NCBI GenBank assembly: GCA_951406725.2
Contig: OX597815.1
Coordinates: 142,042,001-142,106,000 of the forward strand
Origin: Octopus vulgaris
Taxonomy: Eukaryota
Reading direction: 5' to 3'
DNA length: 64,000 nt
A program made the position numbers and the translations under genes. Below are positions 1 through 11,179 of the stretch, piece after piece; positions within the stretch are counted from its first letter, which is position 1, and each line of letters opens with the position of its first letter. The notes below the pieces were generated by a model. That model was not told the DNA's origin. It did no database searches and saw only the letters and a program-made list of their open reading frames with translations.

Positions 1-488
1 AACGCTAAATTTTAAATGAAGCACGTCTCACGAGCTCGACAATCAAGAAAATTCACTTGAAATTTGAAGTTGATTTCTCTTACCATAAACCTTTAAGCAG
101 TTATGATCACATACGCATTGACTTTACATTATTAACATACCAACACATTTGAAAGTATACAGGTAGCAAAATAGCTTGTTCATCTTCAAGTTGCCCATAT
201 GTACCACACACACACACACACACGAGCGTGTGTGTGTATGTGTGTATGTGTGTGTATGTGTGTGTGTGGTATATATGGGCAACTTGAAGACGAATAAGAT
301 TAATAGAAGCTATTTTGCTACCTGTATAATTAGGGTGGTGAAAATGATGTCCCCTTCTATTGTAAAGAATCTCTGAGATTAGCATAGTTGATAGCGTTAA
401 CGTTCCGCCTAATTTTCTGTATTGTGACGTCTGCAGCAAAAACATATGCAGGGACAGTAGTGTACGTAACATATCAGACTGGAATGCA

Positions 489-725
489 TGCGTGGCTTTT
501 GTTTAGTGTGTTGGACTCGTGATCGTAAAGTTGTGCTTTCGATTACTGGACCGGGCTACGCATTGTGTTCTTGCGTAAAACACTTTATTTCACGTTGCCC
601 CAGTCCACTTAGCTGGCAAAAATGAGTAATCCTGTGACAGTCCGGCATCTTTTCCAGATGGAAAATATATACGCCATGGAAACCAGGAGACCGCCCATGA
701 GACTAGCGAAGGAACTTTACTATTT
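489..725 (+). mobile_element. tRNA-derived SINE, degenerate
   Basis: A-box-like TGGCTTTTGTTTAG and B-box-like GCTTTCGATTAC at tRNA-head spacing, followed by a GC-richer body (CCGGGC...AAAACACTTTATTTCACGTTGCCCCAGTCCAC) and a short T/A-rich tail. The head resembles those at 7579 and 59951. Confidence 0.6.
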
Positions 726-1641
726 TACTTTACAAGTATGGGGAAGAGGGAACGGTCTCGATGTTAATGCCTATCAGAATTCAATGTATAGGAAGATTCT
801 TGAAGGTGTATTTAAGTGCTTAGGAATTCATGCTTAGGAAGATTCTTGTAGGTGTATTTAAGTGACATGTGTGTATATGTAAACATATGTGTAAGATTAG
901 AAGTAATATAGCGTAGGGTAGCTGAAGTGTGGGAGAAATCAATGCTTGATTAAGTTTTAGTTCGATAGTGTGGAAACTCGTGTGTGTATGCCTGCGTTGG
1001 TGTGTCTCAAAAAATGACGTGACCGTAAACTGAGAAGTGCAAGGTTGAATATGATGGCGATGATACCATTTCGATTGCAAAGTAGCAGACTTCTGTCAGC
1101 TAGTCTTGATTATAGGGAACGGAGCTAGGCTTATTTCTATCAAGTCAAGCGCATAGAAGTAAGGGAAAACAACATATGGAAATGCTAGAAAATGCTAGAA
1201 ATGCTAGAAGTCAGGCAAACTGAATGTAGATGAATAAAGCTACGTTCTAGTCATTTCTGTAATCTAATTCCGCGGAACTGACTAGAATTTAAATATGTTT
1301 TGATAGAAATCATATTGATATATTGGTTAGCCCTCAAATGTATTACGAAACTAGTTCCATCGAATCATCGTACGCGTATGAATGTAAATTGCGCATGTAA
1401 TATATGTTGCAAAAGTGCCAGCAAACTCGCCAGTTACATATCCATGCTTGTATATTTTAGACATCGTGACACATTTTTGTTTGTACAAGTCCGTAGCGAA
1501 TCTACGTTGTAATCAAAGCCAGCAATTTTTACTAATTTCATAAACAGTGTTAGAGTCTATATGAATAATATATTTCTGTTTTGAATTGACATTTCTCTAC
1601 TTGCTGAAAGTAATTCATATTGCAGAATACACTCGCACGCA

Positions 1642-1642
<1 letters not shown>

Positions 1643-1720
<78 letters not shown>

Positions 1721-1911
1721 TACAGAGAGAGAGAGAGAGAGAGAGAAGAAGAAGAGAGGTGACAAGTAAGGGAAGAGAGAGATAATATATATATATACAA
1801 AGAGACAATTTTTGTTATAAAGTAAGACACATTTTATGAAATCTCTTCCCAAACTTTAGAGGTTGGTGCCTTTTCTCAATCTTAATTCTTTAAGAAAAAA
1901 AGATTCTCTCC

Positions 1912-1955
<44 letters not shown>

Positions 1956-2031
1956 GTTTGTGTGTATAAGTATATGTGTATGTATATATGTATATATATT
2001 ATATCTATCTATCTATATATATACATATCTA

Positions 2032-2089
<58 letters not shown>

Positions 2090-2095
2090 CATATA
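1643..2095. repeat. compound microsatellites (CA)n/(TA)n/(GA)n/(TG)n
   Basis: Dinucleotide runs are directly visible and explain the YI/CV-repeat ORFs here. Confidence 0.95.
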
Positions 2096-2460
2096 TTAGA
2101 AATATTGAATTTCTAAATGTCTCAGAGAGACATAAGCGGTGGTGGAGCGATATAGTGGTCGTATGCTGTCAACTCAATGTGACAGTCCCGTAAAGGAATT
2201 ACATCACCGCCATTTAGCCCAAGGAAACATCGACGTCTCCTGTCAGCTTTGACACATTTTCTGTGTCCTTATATTTGCAAAGGGGAGGCAATCACCCCGC
2301 AAGCCGGGACAAGGTGCCTTGTCCCGGCTTACGGGTGTTCAGCTAAATTTAGATTCAGATGAATACGTAAGTTAAAGACACCAGAATCTTGTATGGTATA
2401 ATCCATATAAATCAAATGGGGTGATTATAATCAAAATAAGCAACAAGGATATCCAAGGTA

Positions 2461-2547
2461 GTGCAGTACAATTGTTTCTTGCTAATTCATTTTATTAAAC
2501 ACTAAGTATTACATCAGTTTAAAATGTCGAGCAATCTTCAGCCACAT
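2461..2547 (-). ncRNA. type I hammerhead ribozyme motif
   Basis: Minus strand reads UGUGG-CUGAAGA-UUGCU...(insert)...AGCAA-GAAAC-AAUU-GUA-CUGCA. Stems I and II pair, helix III is the palindrome ACAAUUGU, and the helix II closing pair is U-A (atypical). Confidence 0.7.
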
Positions 2548-2909
2548 ATAATTTTTTTTAATTAAACGGACAATGCACATTCTTATACTTATTTCATTTG
2601 CTAACATTACAAAGAGGTTAGATATATATGGCTTTGACATTTGTACTAACCCTTCCTCTATTTATAAGTACAAAAAAACACTTCTTTGTTTCCATTCAAC
2701 CAAGACTAGAAAATACCTTCCCCACTGATAGATCTAAATAACAAAGTGAACCCAGTGATAAAAATCTACAGACGGAGAAGTACATACTACCACCATGTTC
2801 TTAATGATGAAATTAACCTCTCTGTCTATATATCTACCCTATTTGTAATGTTGGCACATGAAATAAGTATAAGAATGTGCATTGTCCGTTTAATAAAAAA
2901 AATTCTATA

Positions 2910-2993
2910 TGTGGCTGCAGATTGCTCGACATTTCAAAACTGATGTAATACTTTCAGTGTTTAATAAAAGTAGCATGAAACAATTGTACTACA
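2910..2993 (+). ncRNA. mutated hammerhead ribozyme copy (CUGCAGA core)
   Basis: UGUGG-CUGCAGA-UUGCU...AGCAU-GAAAC-AAUU-GUA-CUACA. The core has an A6>C substitution relative to the other arm. Confidence 0.6.
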
Positions 2994-3023
2994 CTACCTT
3001 GGATATCCTTGTGGCTTATTTTG

Positions 3024-3088
<65 letters not shown>

Positions 3089-3245
3089 TGTATGTGTGTA
3101 TATTATGAGATGCGATAGGTTAGGTACAAATGCAGTGTTAGGATGCTCGTGTGGTTTGTAACAGCGTACGTTCGCGCCTCTACGTGAACCGGTAGACGAA
3201 TATGCATCTGGCATGGGGTTATTGCGTAGAGAGCATGTAGTATGA

Positions 3246-3599
3246 GAGAATAACAGGAAGAAAGCTAGTAGTTAGTATTTATTTCGCTTATTCCGTATCT
3301 ATTACGTTCATTTTCGCAGTCGATAATGAAGATCAAAGAATAATTACAAATAATAAATTATAAATTATAATCAAATAAATCGATCATGGATCATATCTTG
3401 AGACGGAAAACATGAATTCGATATTTCTGCGTTCAAGCTCAATATGCTATCCATCATCGAGCTAATCGATTGAAATTTATAATTTATTATTTATAATTTA
3501 TAATTTGAAAATAATCCTTGATTTTGCTTATCGATCGTAAAATGATTGAAATGGTTGCAGAATAAATCAAATAACATCAACTTGCTTCCAGTTATTCTC
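3246..3599. mobile_element. degenerate foldback / MITE-like palindrome
   Basis: Ends GAGAATAACAGGAAGAAAG and CTTGCTTCCAGTTATTCTC are inverted, and imperfect complementarity continues inward to about 3418. No ORF. Confidence 0.55.
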
Positions 3600-3616
3600 A
3601 GTTTCTATATTATGAG

Positions 3617-3663
<47 letters not shown>

Positions 3664-3704
3664 GTATATATATATATACATCGATAGATAAACAGATATA
3701 GATT

Positions 3705-3755
<51 letters not shown>

Positions 3756-3808
3756 TTATACATATGCATAGTAAATTGATAGATATAGGTATATGTATAT
3801 ATGTATGT

Positions 3809-3840
<32 letters not shown>

Positions 3841-3892
3841 TAATTAATTTATTTATTTATATTCATATGCACGCACACGCACATATACATAT

Positions 3893-5030
3893 GACCCCTC
3901 GTTATCAACTATAGCCATTGCACGAAGCTTAACTGTTACTGGTGCTATGATCGAATGTGACTTTTTAGCCCAGCTAAAGATCTACAATGTCTTGAACAAA
4001 ATTGGCAACTAAAACCTTTACCGGTAATAGCTGGCTGTAGTTGTAACTGGGCTCCATGTACCTTTGCATGTTGTTTAAGTCCTCCTGCCCAATTACACTC
4101 TCTTCCACATGCCCCACAGATATGATTAGTTTGGTGTGTTACACCACCACCAGTGGCCAGGTTGTCACTCATCTGTCTCGCTTTATGACTACGAAGATAA
4201 CTCTTGAGTCCAGCTTTACTGAGGCAGGGTCTTGCACAGACATTGCATGTCAGCATCAAGGAAAGACCCTTGCCATCTGGAAGTGTAACAGCGATGCTCT
4301 TCCTGACGTTCCTCCTTATTTTCTCATGTGCAACTTGAGATTTCTCAAAAGCGGCTGTCCCCTCGTGCACAATCCTTCTTCACCTGCTACGATCAATAGC
4401 TATGCCTTCCCATGTGTCAGGAGAGATGCAAGCATCTCTTAAGGAAGCCTTCAGCATATCCTTATACCTCTTTTTTGGTTTATGTGGAGGTCGTTCTCCT
4501 TTAGCTAATTCTCCATAAAAGAGTTGTTTTGGCATCCTTGAATCCTTCATCCTGACCAGATGACCACTCCATCTGAGCCTTTGCTTTAACACAAGAGCTT
4601 CTATACTTTCACATCGAGTGCCTGCCAATATTTCAATATCATTGATGCAGTCCTTCCACTTAATGCCATAGATCAGTCTGAGGCACATCTGATGGAAACG
4701 TTCCAGTTGTTTAAGGCGGTATCAATATGTGACCCACGTCTCACAGGGATAGAGAAGAGAAGGGATCACACGTGCCTTGTACACATTTATCTTTGTCTTT
4801 CTGCATATGTCTCGCCAACTCTAGAGGCGCTTTTCTAACCTTCCGACAGCAACATTTTCTTTTATTAATTCTATATGGAATTTCATCATCCAAATTGCTA
4901 TATCTATTAATAGTGCTGCCCAGGTAGATGAACTGATCAACTACATCAAGTCGTTTACCATACACATAGATATTTGGTACGCTATACTGCTTACCAGGGG
5001 CAGGTTGATGCATGACAAAAGTTTTCTTGA
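3893..5030 (-). mobile_element. RTE-clade LINE, 5'-truncated, frameshifted, with three C-terminal C2H2 fingers
   Basis: [35 protein letters not shown] and WEGIAIDRSR motifs, then CxxC...HxxxH-type units. Homologous to 57250-59790. Confidence 0.92.
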
Positions 5031-5083
5031 GATATATATTTATATATATATATATGAAAATATGTATATGTGTGTGTGCGTGC

Positions 5084-5133
<50 letters not shown>

Positions 5134-5147
5134 GTGTGTAAATATAA

Positions 5148-5187
<40 letters not shown>

Positions 5188-5228
5188 TGTGTGTGTATTA
5201 TATATATGCTGTGTGTGTGTATATATAT

Positions 5229-5301
<73 letters not shown>

Positions 5302-5404
5302 CAAATAATTAAGGAATGACCCTGAGAAGGTCGTTCGACTCACTTGAAAAGAGCAGCTAAACTCAAAACCGCAAAAATAGTAGTAATTCCGAAACTATAT
5401 ATAT

Positions 5405-5530
5405 ATATCACCGTGATCACTGTGACCGACCAGGCTATCAGATGTAGTTACACATCGCTGGTCACAATGCGTTCGCATTGTTTTAGCCTTCAAATGACGC
5501 CACCCCGCTGGCTAAGCGAGCAGGCCAAAT
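5405..5530. repeat. short GC-richer interspersed-repeat fragment
   Basis: Abrupt GC-rich island after a TA run (TCACCGTGATCACTGTGACCGACCAGGC...GCGAGCAGGCCAA). Family not determined. Confidence 0.35.
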
Positions 5531-6405
5531 ATTTAGAGTCAAGCTTTGTGGTAACAGAGACCTTGCAAGTAGGGAGCTATTGTTGACTGAGTCTATCCCG
5601 GTATATGTAGTTCTCTTCTTTTTTCCTCGTATTCCTTGAAGAAATGTGTCTATATATCCTTAACGTTATTCGATATTTTTCGTGTTTGATTTGTGTTGTT
5701 ATGATATAAATTATAACAGTAATGCAATGCAGTTATGTTTCAGGCCTGAATTGTCTAAGGAAGCATGACACGGAAACCAAACTTTGGAGGAAATTTAAAC
5801 TTTACGTTAAGTTTAGTTCCGCAATGCTGGTGGCAAATTCACCACATTGTGCAAATAAGGCAGAGCGCTCGCAGGCATGTAGAGATTCAAAGATAAAAGT
5901 AAACCTAATATTCTCAATCTGAGATGCCATTTAAGTATTTGGATGAGAGAATTGCTGTTCTCGTATTTTCTTTGTTGTGCCAAGAACACAAGGTATAGCA
6001 ACATCTTGAGGGATAACCTTACACAAAAAGAGAAAAGGTGTGTGGCAGCATTTGACTCTATGGAGTTAAGTTAACATGGCGAGCCACATCATGTTTATTT
6101 TTGATGTGCCTACTCCAGCATGGCAACAATTACTCCTAACTTTCTGAGAGTATTGGATACCGTGAGTGATTTTCCCCAGTACGTTTGTTTGAGCAGACAT
6201 TCACTTCTGAAGTGCATGAGCTCATATATTGCCTTGTTTTACTGTGTTAAATGACATTTCATATGTTTCTATAAACTACGAAGAGAAATTATCACAATAA
6301 ATAGAGTTCCGTGTGCAAAACCGCAGTAAAGTTCTACTGTGGCTCGAGATCTCCGCTGATCACGTAATGTTGGGACCTCTTCACCAGGATATACTTAAAC
6401 TTGTG

Positions 6406-6439
<34 letters not shown>

Positions 6440-6447
6440 TACATATA

Positions 6448-6529
<82 letters not shown>

Positions 6530-6714
6530 CACAAACACACGCTCATATATAGAGATATATATGACAAAGGAGAAATTATACAAAACGTATAAATAGATTA
6601 TGAATAAAGCACACGCACAGTATTGATTACCTGTTATCTTTAGATTTATTGCAGCAACTTCGTAGTGGTGGTTGGGGTAACAGCATTAATAAAATAGATG
6701 GAATGAGTAAAATA

Positions 6715-6775
6715 TTTTATTAGGTACGACACATGTTTCGGCCCGTTGTGGGTCTCTTCGGGTACATCAATAAAA
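6715..6775 (-). ncRNA. minimal type I hammerhead ribozyme motif (Penelope-type)
   Basis: UUUUAUUGAU-GUAC-CCGAAGA-GACCC-ACAAC-GGGCC-GAAAC-AUGU-GUC-GUAC-CUAAUAAAA. Extended stem I, GUC site, U4>C variant, one mismatch in stem II. Confidence 0.7.
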
Positions 6776-7362
6776 CAGTCTTACTAGAGATTTTCTGATT
6801 CGGTTTTACGTACCTCTATATGCCCATCAACTTTGAGAATGAGTAAAAATCAGAGGAAAAATGAAATGCAAAAAATTCAAATATGAACGGGAAAATTATA
6901 CATTCTACTTTAGAGAAAATGACGTAATGAGCCTTCGCTATTGTAACTGTTAAGAGAAAGAAAAAGATGTAGAAGTTGAAAGGGAGATAATACTTAGAAG
7001 AAAAATTTGGGGTTCGTGCCTAGACGCACATATACATACATAGATACATATATTTACGCACATATATATAGACGCTCATTCCCACCCATCCAAGTATATG
7101 GGTATATACATACAACTACGCTCACGTATGGGCGAATACATACACATATATGTATAGAAAATCATATATGCAGGCACACACGTGTATATATACATAAATA
7201 TACGTACATAACATAGGTAAATATTTGCTTATATTCGTAAGTAAAGCAAGACACAAACGTCTGTGCAACGTTTGACACACACACACACGTGTTAATACAC
7301 TCGGGTATACACATAAGTAAATGCATACAAGGCTATACATACATATACATATATACATACAT

Positions 7363-7512
7363 AGGCGCGTCCGTAGCTATATAGTAAGGAGTTTGCCTTG
7401 CAGGTATATGCTTCCGGAGTATGTCCCAATGCATGGCTCCGCAGGAAAGTGCCTTTTACTAAATCCTCGGTCCCACCAAAGCATTGTTATTTGATTTGGC
7501 GGAAACGCCAGG
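7363..7512 (+). mobile_element. degenerate SINE 5' part
   Basis: GGCGC..TAGCTATATAGTAAG head, decayed B box, CORE-like GGAAAGTGCCTTTTAC...CCTCGG. A similar head stub is at about 56958. Confidence 0.5.
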
Positions 7513-7516
7513 TATG

Positions 7517-7578
<62 letters not shown>

Positions 7579-7582
<4 letters not shown>

Positions 7583-7795
7583 CTAGTGGTTAGGGCAGCG
7601 GACTTGCGGTCGGAGGATCGCGGTTTCGATTCCCAGACCGGGCGTTGTGTGTGTTTATTGAGCGAAAAAAACAGCTAAAAGCTCCACGAGGCTCCGGCAG
7701 GAGGTGGTGATCCCTGCTGTACTCTTGCACCACTCTAAAGGCGGTGCTCCAGCATGGCCGCAGTCAAATGACTGAAACAAGTACAAAAAAAAAAT
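7579..7795 (+). mobile_element. tRNA-derived SINE
   Basis: A box TGGCCTAGTGG, B box GGTTTCGATTCC, A-rich tail. The first ~155 nt match 59960-60125. Confidence 0.85.
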
Positions 7796-8439
7796 ATATA
7801 TACATACAAATACACACACACATGCACACCCATATATATATATAATGAAATTTGTTTAAGAGTATCGTTTGGAATAAGCAACTAGGTCTCTTATTCCATT
7901 ATGCCGGCCTAAGTCTAATGATCCTGTATAGTGAACCAGTTTTGGACGTTGCACAGGCTGTAGAATAAATAATAAAACAGTAGATGCAGAGAAAATAAAA
8001 TACACTAACAAAACCAATAAACTTATTAAAAGAAATGGAAAAATAAGTGATGAAATTATTTAGTTTAACAAAATTTTCAGTTCTTAAATAAAATCCGAAA
8101 AGGCCAGGAATTCTTCGCAGCATCACATAGACACTTCCCAAGATCTTCTAAATGTCACAAAATCATCAACAACATAATGTAAAATTAGGACACGTGTCCT
8201 CTCACAAACTAGACTAGCACATACACAAACTACATAATACAAGACTAAATGGAATATAACGGGAGGGGGGAACAGAGCAACCGCCGATCATAGCATAGTA
8301 TACGAAGATGGAATGGTTGTAAATAGTGGTAATAAAAATTCATTAATAACAATAACGGATCCAAACAGCAGAACACAATTGACAGTCCAATCCATACATA
8401 AAGAAACTGAGTACGCGATTACAGGAAGAAGCGGAAGTT

Positions 8440-8850
8440 TGACCACGAGTAGTAACTCTGCTGGGAGAACGGGAAAAAGTAATATCTCATGTAACTGTAG
8501 ACGTAAAGAGGAATGCAGTCTTAACAACTGCATGATAAAGAATGAAGCTTACAAGTGTAAGCTGAAGGCAGATACGCAGAAATATGTGTCCATTGGCGAC
8601 ATCAGAGACACCATGAGTAACCATTTTACGTCATTTTCCAATATAAATAAAAGGCACTCCACATCACTATCGAACCTCGTCTGGAACTTAAACATCACGA
8701 GTATGCCACCTACGTCTAAAAAAATATAACTCTGGAAATTATCACCAGGGAAAACATGAATAATAGACACACCGAATTGTTAATATCATGTAAACATAAA
8801 AGCAAAACATTGTTTCTGAAATTCGAAAAAAGCATTTTGAAACAGTATAA
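8440..8850 (+). mobile_element. Penelope-like element (Neptune-type) GIY-YIG endonuclease remnant
   Basis: SCNCRRKEECSL..NCMIKNEAYKC...YVSIG...SNHFTSFSN...STSLSNLVWNL matches the CNCR...CPL...C linker plus GIY-YIG domain of Neptune-clade PLEs. Confidence 0.8.
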
Positions 8851-9709
8851 CATCGACTGCCCTTAGCATATTATAGAACATTGAAGGAACATAAACAAAT
8901 ACACAAAGAAACCAATGTTAAAGATGTTGTACACTATTCCATTGTAGCACCAGAAATGAATAAAAGGTCATCCGATGAAAGTATCATTTATCAACTCAGA
9001 CAATGAACTCCAGCAACCGAAGGCTGTAGTGGCTATATTTGCTGAATCGCTTGCTTCAGACTTCATTGAAGGTAGTCCTGCTTTAAAAGAGATCGAACAC
9101 AAAAATTTACTACATAATATTGTCGTCTGCAGACTGAATAGCAAAATAAGTCCAACATCATCACACTCATCTCCATCACCATTAAACTACTTTTCTTTCC
9201 TTACTTTCCATCACCTTTGCCTCATTCCCACTGAATACACAGAGAATTATGCACATAACTCAATCAACGTTCTCACTGGTCAAATACGATAAACAAACCT
9301 CTATTAAATTTCCATTAATGCTGCATCGCCTGAAGAAATGAATTCATGAAGATGATCAACCCGATGCCCACGGATACCACGGACTACACTGTAATCATCC
9401 CAGGAATACGAGCAGTGATTGTGGGAGAATGTGATTGTGTGTGTCGCACGTGCGCATGCTTTCACAGAGATACGCCCTCACCAGCATATACACATACATG
9501 CACACACATACACTCATGTATGTGTGTATGTGTGTGCGTATGCTTGTTTTAAATTAACATTCATAAAAAGATAGCTTATCAACAAGGAAATTGATATTAA
9601 CCCGAACGAAATTAATATCTTCCCACGGCAGCCAAACACACAAGAAAGCACACACATACACACACACAAACAAACACACACATGTATATATATACATATA
9701 TATATTTAC

Positions 9710-9748
<39 letters not shown>

Positions 9749-10254
9749 TCTGTGTCCGCCCCAACTCATGCAAATATCAGATTTTATTCTCACATCCAAT
9801 TTAGTCCAGACAGTAATGATGTAAATTTATATAATACATTCACATATAAACAATACCGTATTATAATATAATTATATCTATTGCTACAATAAATATATAT
9901 TTTTACGGACGTATAAATTTGATAATTTGATAGTTACATAATAAATTATTCATATTCCTTATCTGGGTACGTAAATTCATTTTTTTTCATATATCTCTAC
10001 GAACGTTTTGTAAAAACACAATATTTGTTAATTGTAGCGGTTGTACGTCTGTTCTCCCATCAACTGAAGATAAATCAAATTTATGTAAATTGGTTTTAGT
10101 GGAAGATGGCGACTGATTTCTAAACTTATAATTATATATGTGCATAAAACACACGCGCACACATATACGCATATATGTATGTATGCATTAATGTGTATAT
10201 GTATTATAAGTATGCACATATATACATATGTGTACATACTTTCATGAATATAAA

Positions 10255-10460
<206 letters not shown>

Positions 10461-11179
10461 GTGTGTATGTATGTACTTGTTTCTTTGTATGTATACATAC
10501 ATAAAAATATATATAATACATTAAGAAATGATCTTCATTTATTAAATTATCTACACACCCATAGTCTATGTCACAATAACCTAAGACATTTGAGATAATC
10601 ATCACTATAGCAGGAGAGATAATCTCAAGACATCCTTGAATGTGACATGCCATTCTGCAGTGGGACATGTTCGTTGTCTGGAGATGAAATGAAAAGTACG
10701 AACACGTGTTACTGCCCCACCGGTCTTCATCAGCATGGTAATTCTAATCCCCTGTCTCCAGAAGCCTAGAAACATAGATATATACGCACACAAAATAATA
10801 TATCATATATATTGCATTTGTAACTGATATGAATTCAAGAAAAATTAGGTACGGGAAAATAGTCTGTGTGGCCAGTGTCATGTTTATGAGGAATATAGAA
10901 AAAATAGAAATGTATCGTAAGCCATTCGACGTAAATTAAAGAATCGAGTATTCTCTTGAGTAAATATGCTTGTCCATGAGGGTTCTTTTACTTCCAGACA
11001 GTAAGTTTATCCTTAAGGTTAATATGATATCATCGATGGAAAAAATCTTGTGTTTATCTCAACATTTATGTAACTGTTCTCAATTGCCATAAGGTAATTA
11101 TGAGAAATGTCTTATTGGTGTATTAAAGCATTAATCATTAATTTTTTAACAAATCAACAGTTAATGTTTTATGTATGTA

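Larger units (their letters stand above)
2429..3026. mobile_element. inverted-repeat cassette (about 200-bp arms) with hammerhead motifs, probable Penelope-like pseudo-LTR pair
   Basis: 2429-2628 is the reverse complement of 2827-3026 with scattered mismatches. Each arm carries a hammerhead core, and the right arm ends in (TA)n. Confidence 0.75.

Noticed and set aside
789-865. Direct repeat TAGGAAGATTCTTG.AGGTGTATTTAAGTG twice
   Set aside because: Only two units; a local tandem duplication, not a CRISPR or other array.
5312-5390. Hammerhead-like arrangement GGAAUGAC-CCUGAGAA...GCAAA...GUA-GUAAUUCC
   Set aside because: Both core boxes deviate from CUGANGA and GAAA, and helix III cannot form.
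5650-6390. Coding-like non-repetitive stretch, possibly an old retroelement
   Set aside because: No recognisable motif in any frame.
7579-7645. tRNA-like sequence (also 59955-60025)
   Set aside because: No proper acceptor stem, and it continues into a shared SINE body, so it is a SINE head and not a tRNA gene.
10063-10130. CUGAAGA-UAAAUC...GAUUUC-UAAAC hammerhead-like remnant
   Set aside because: GAAA is mutated and there is no NUH site or stem I partner.
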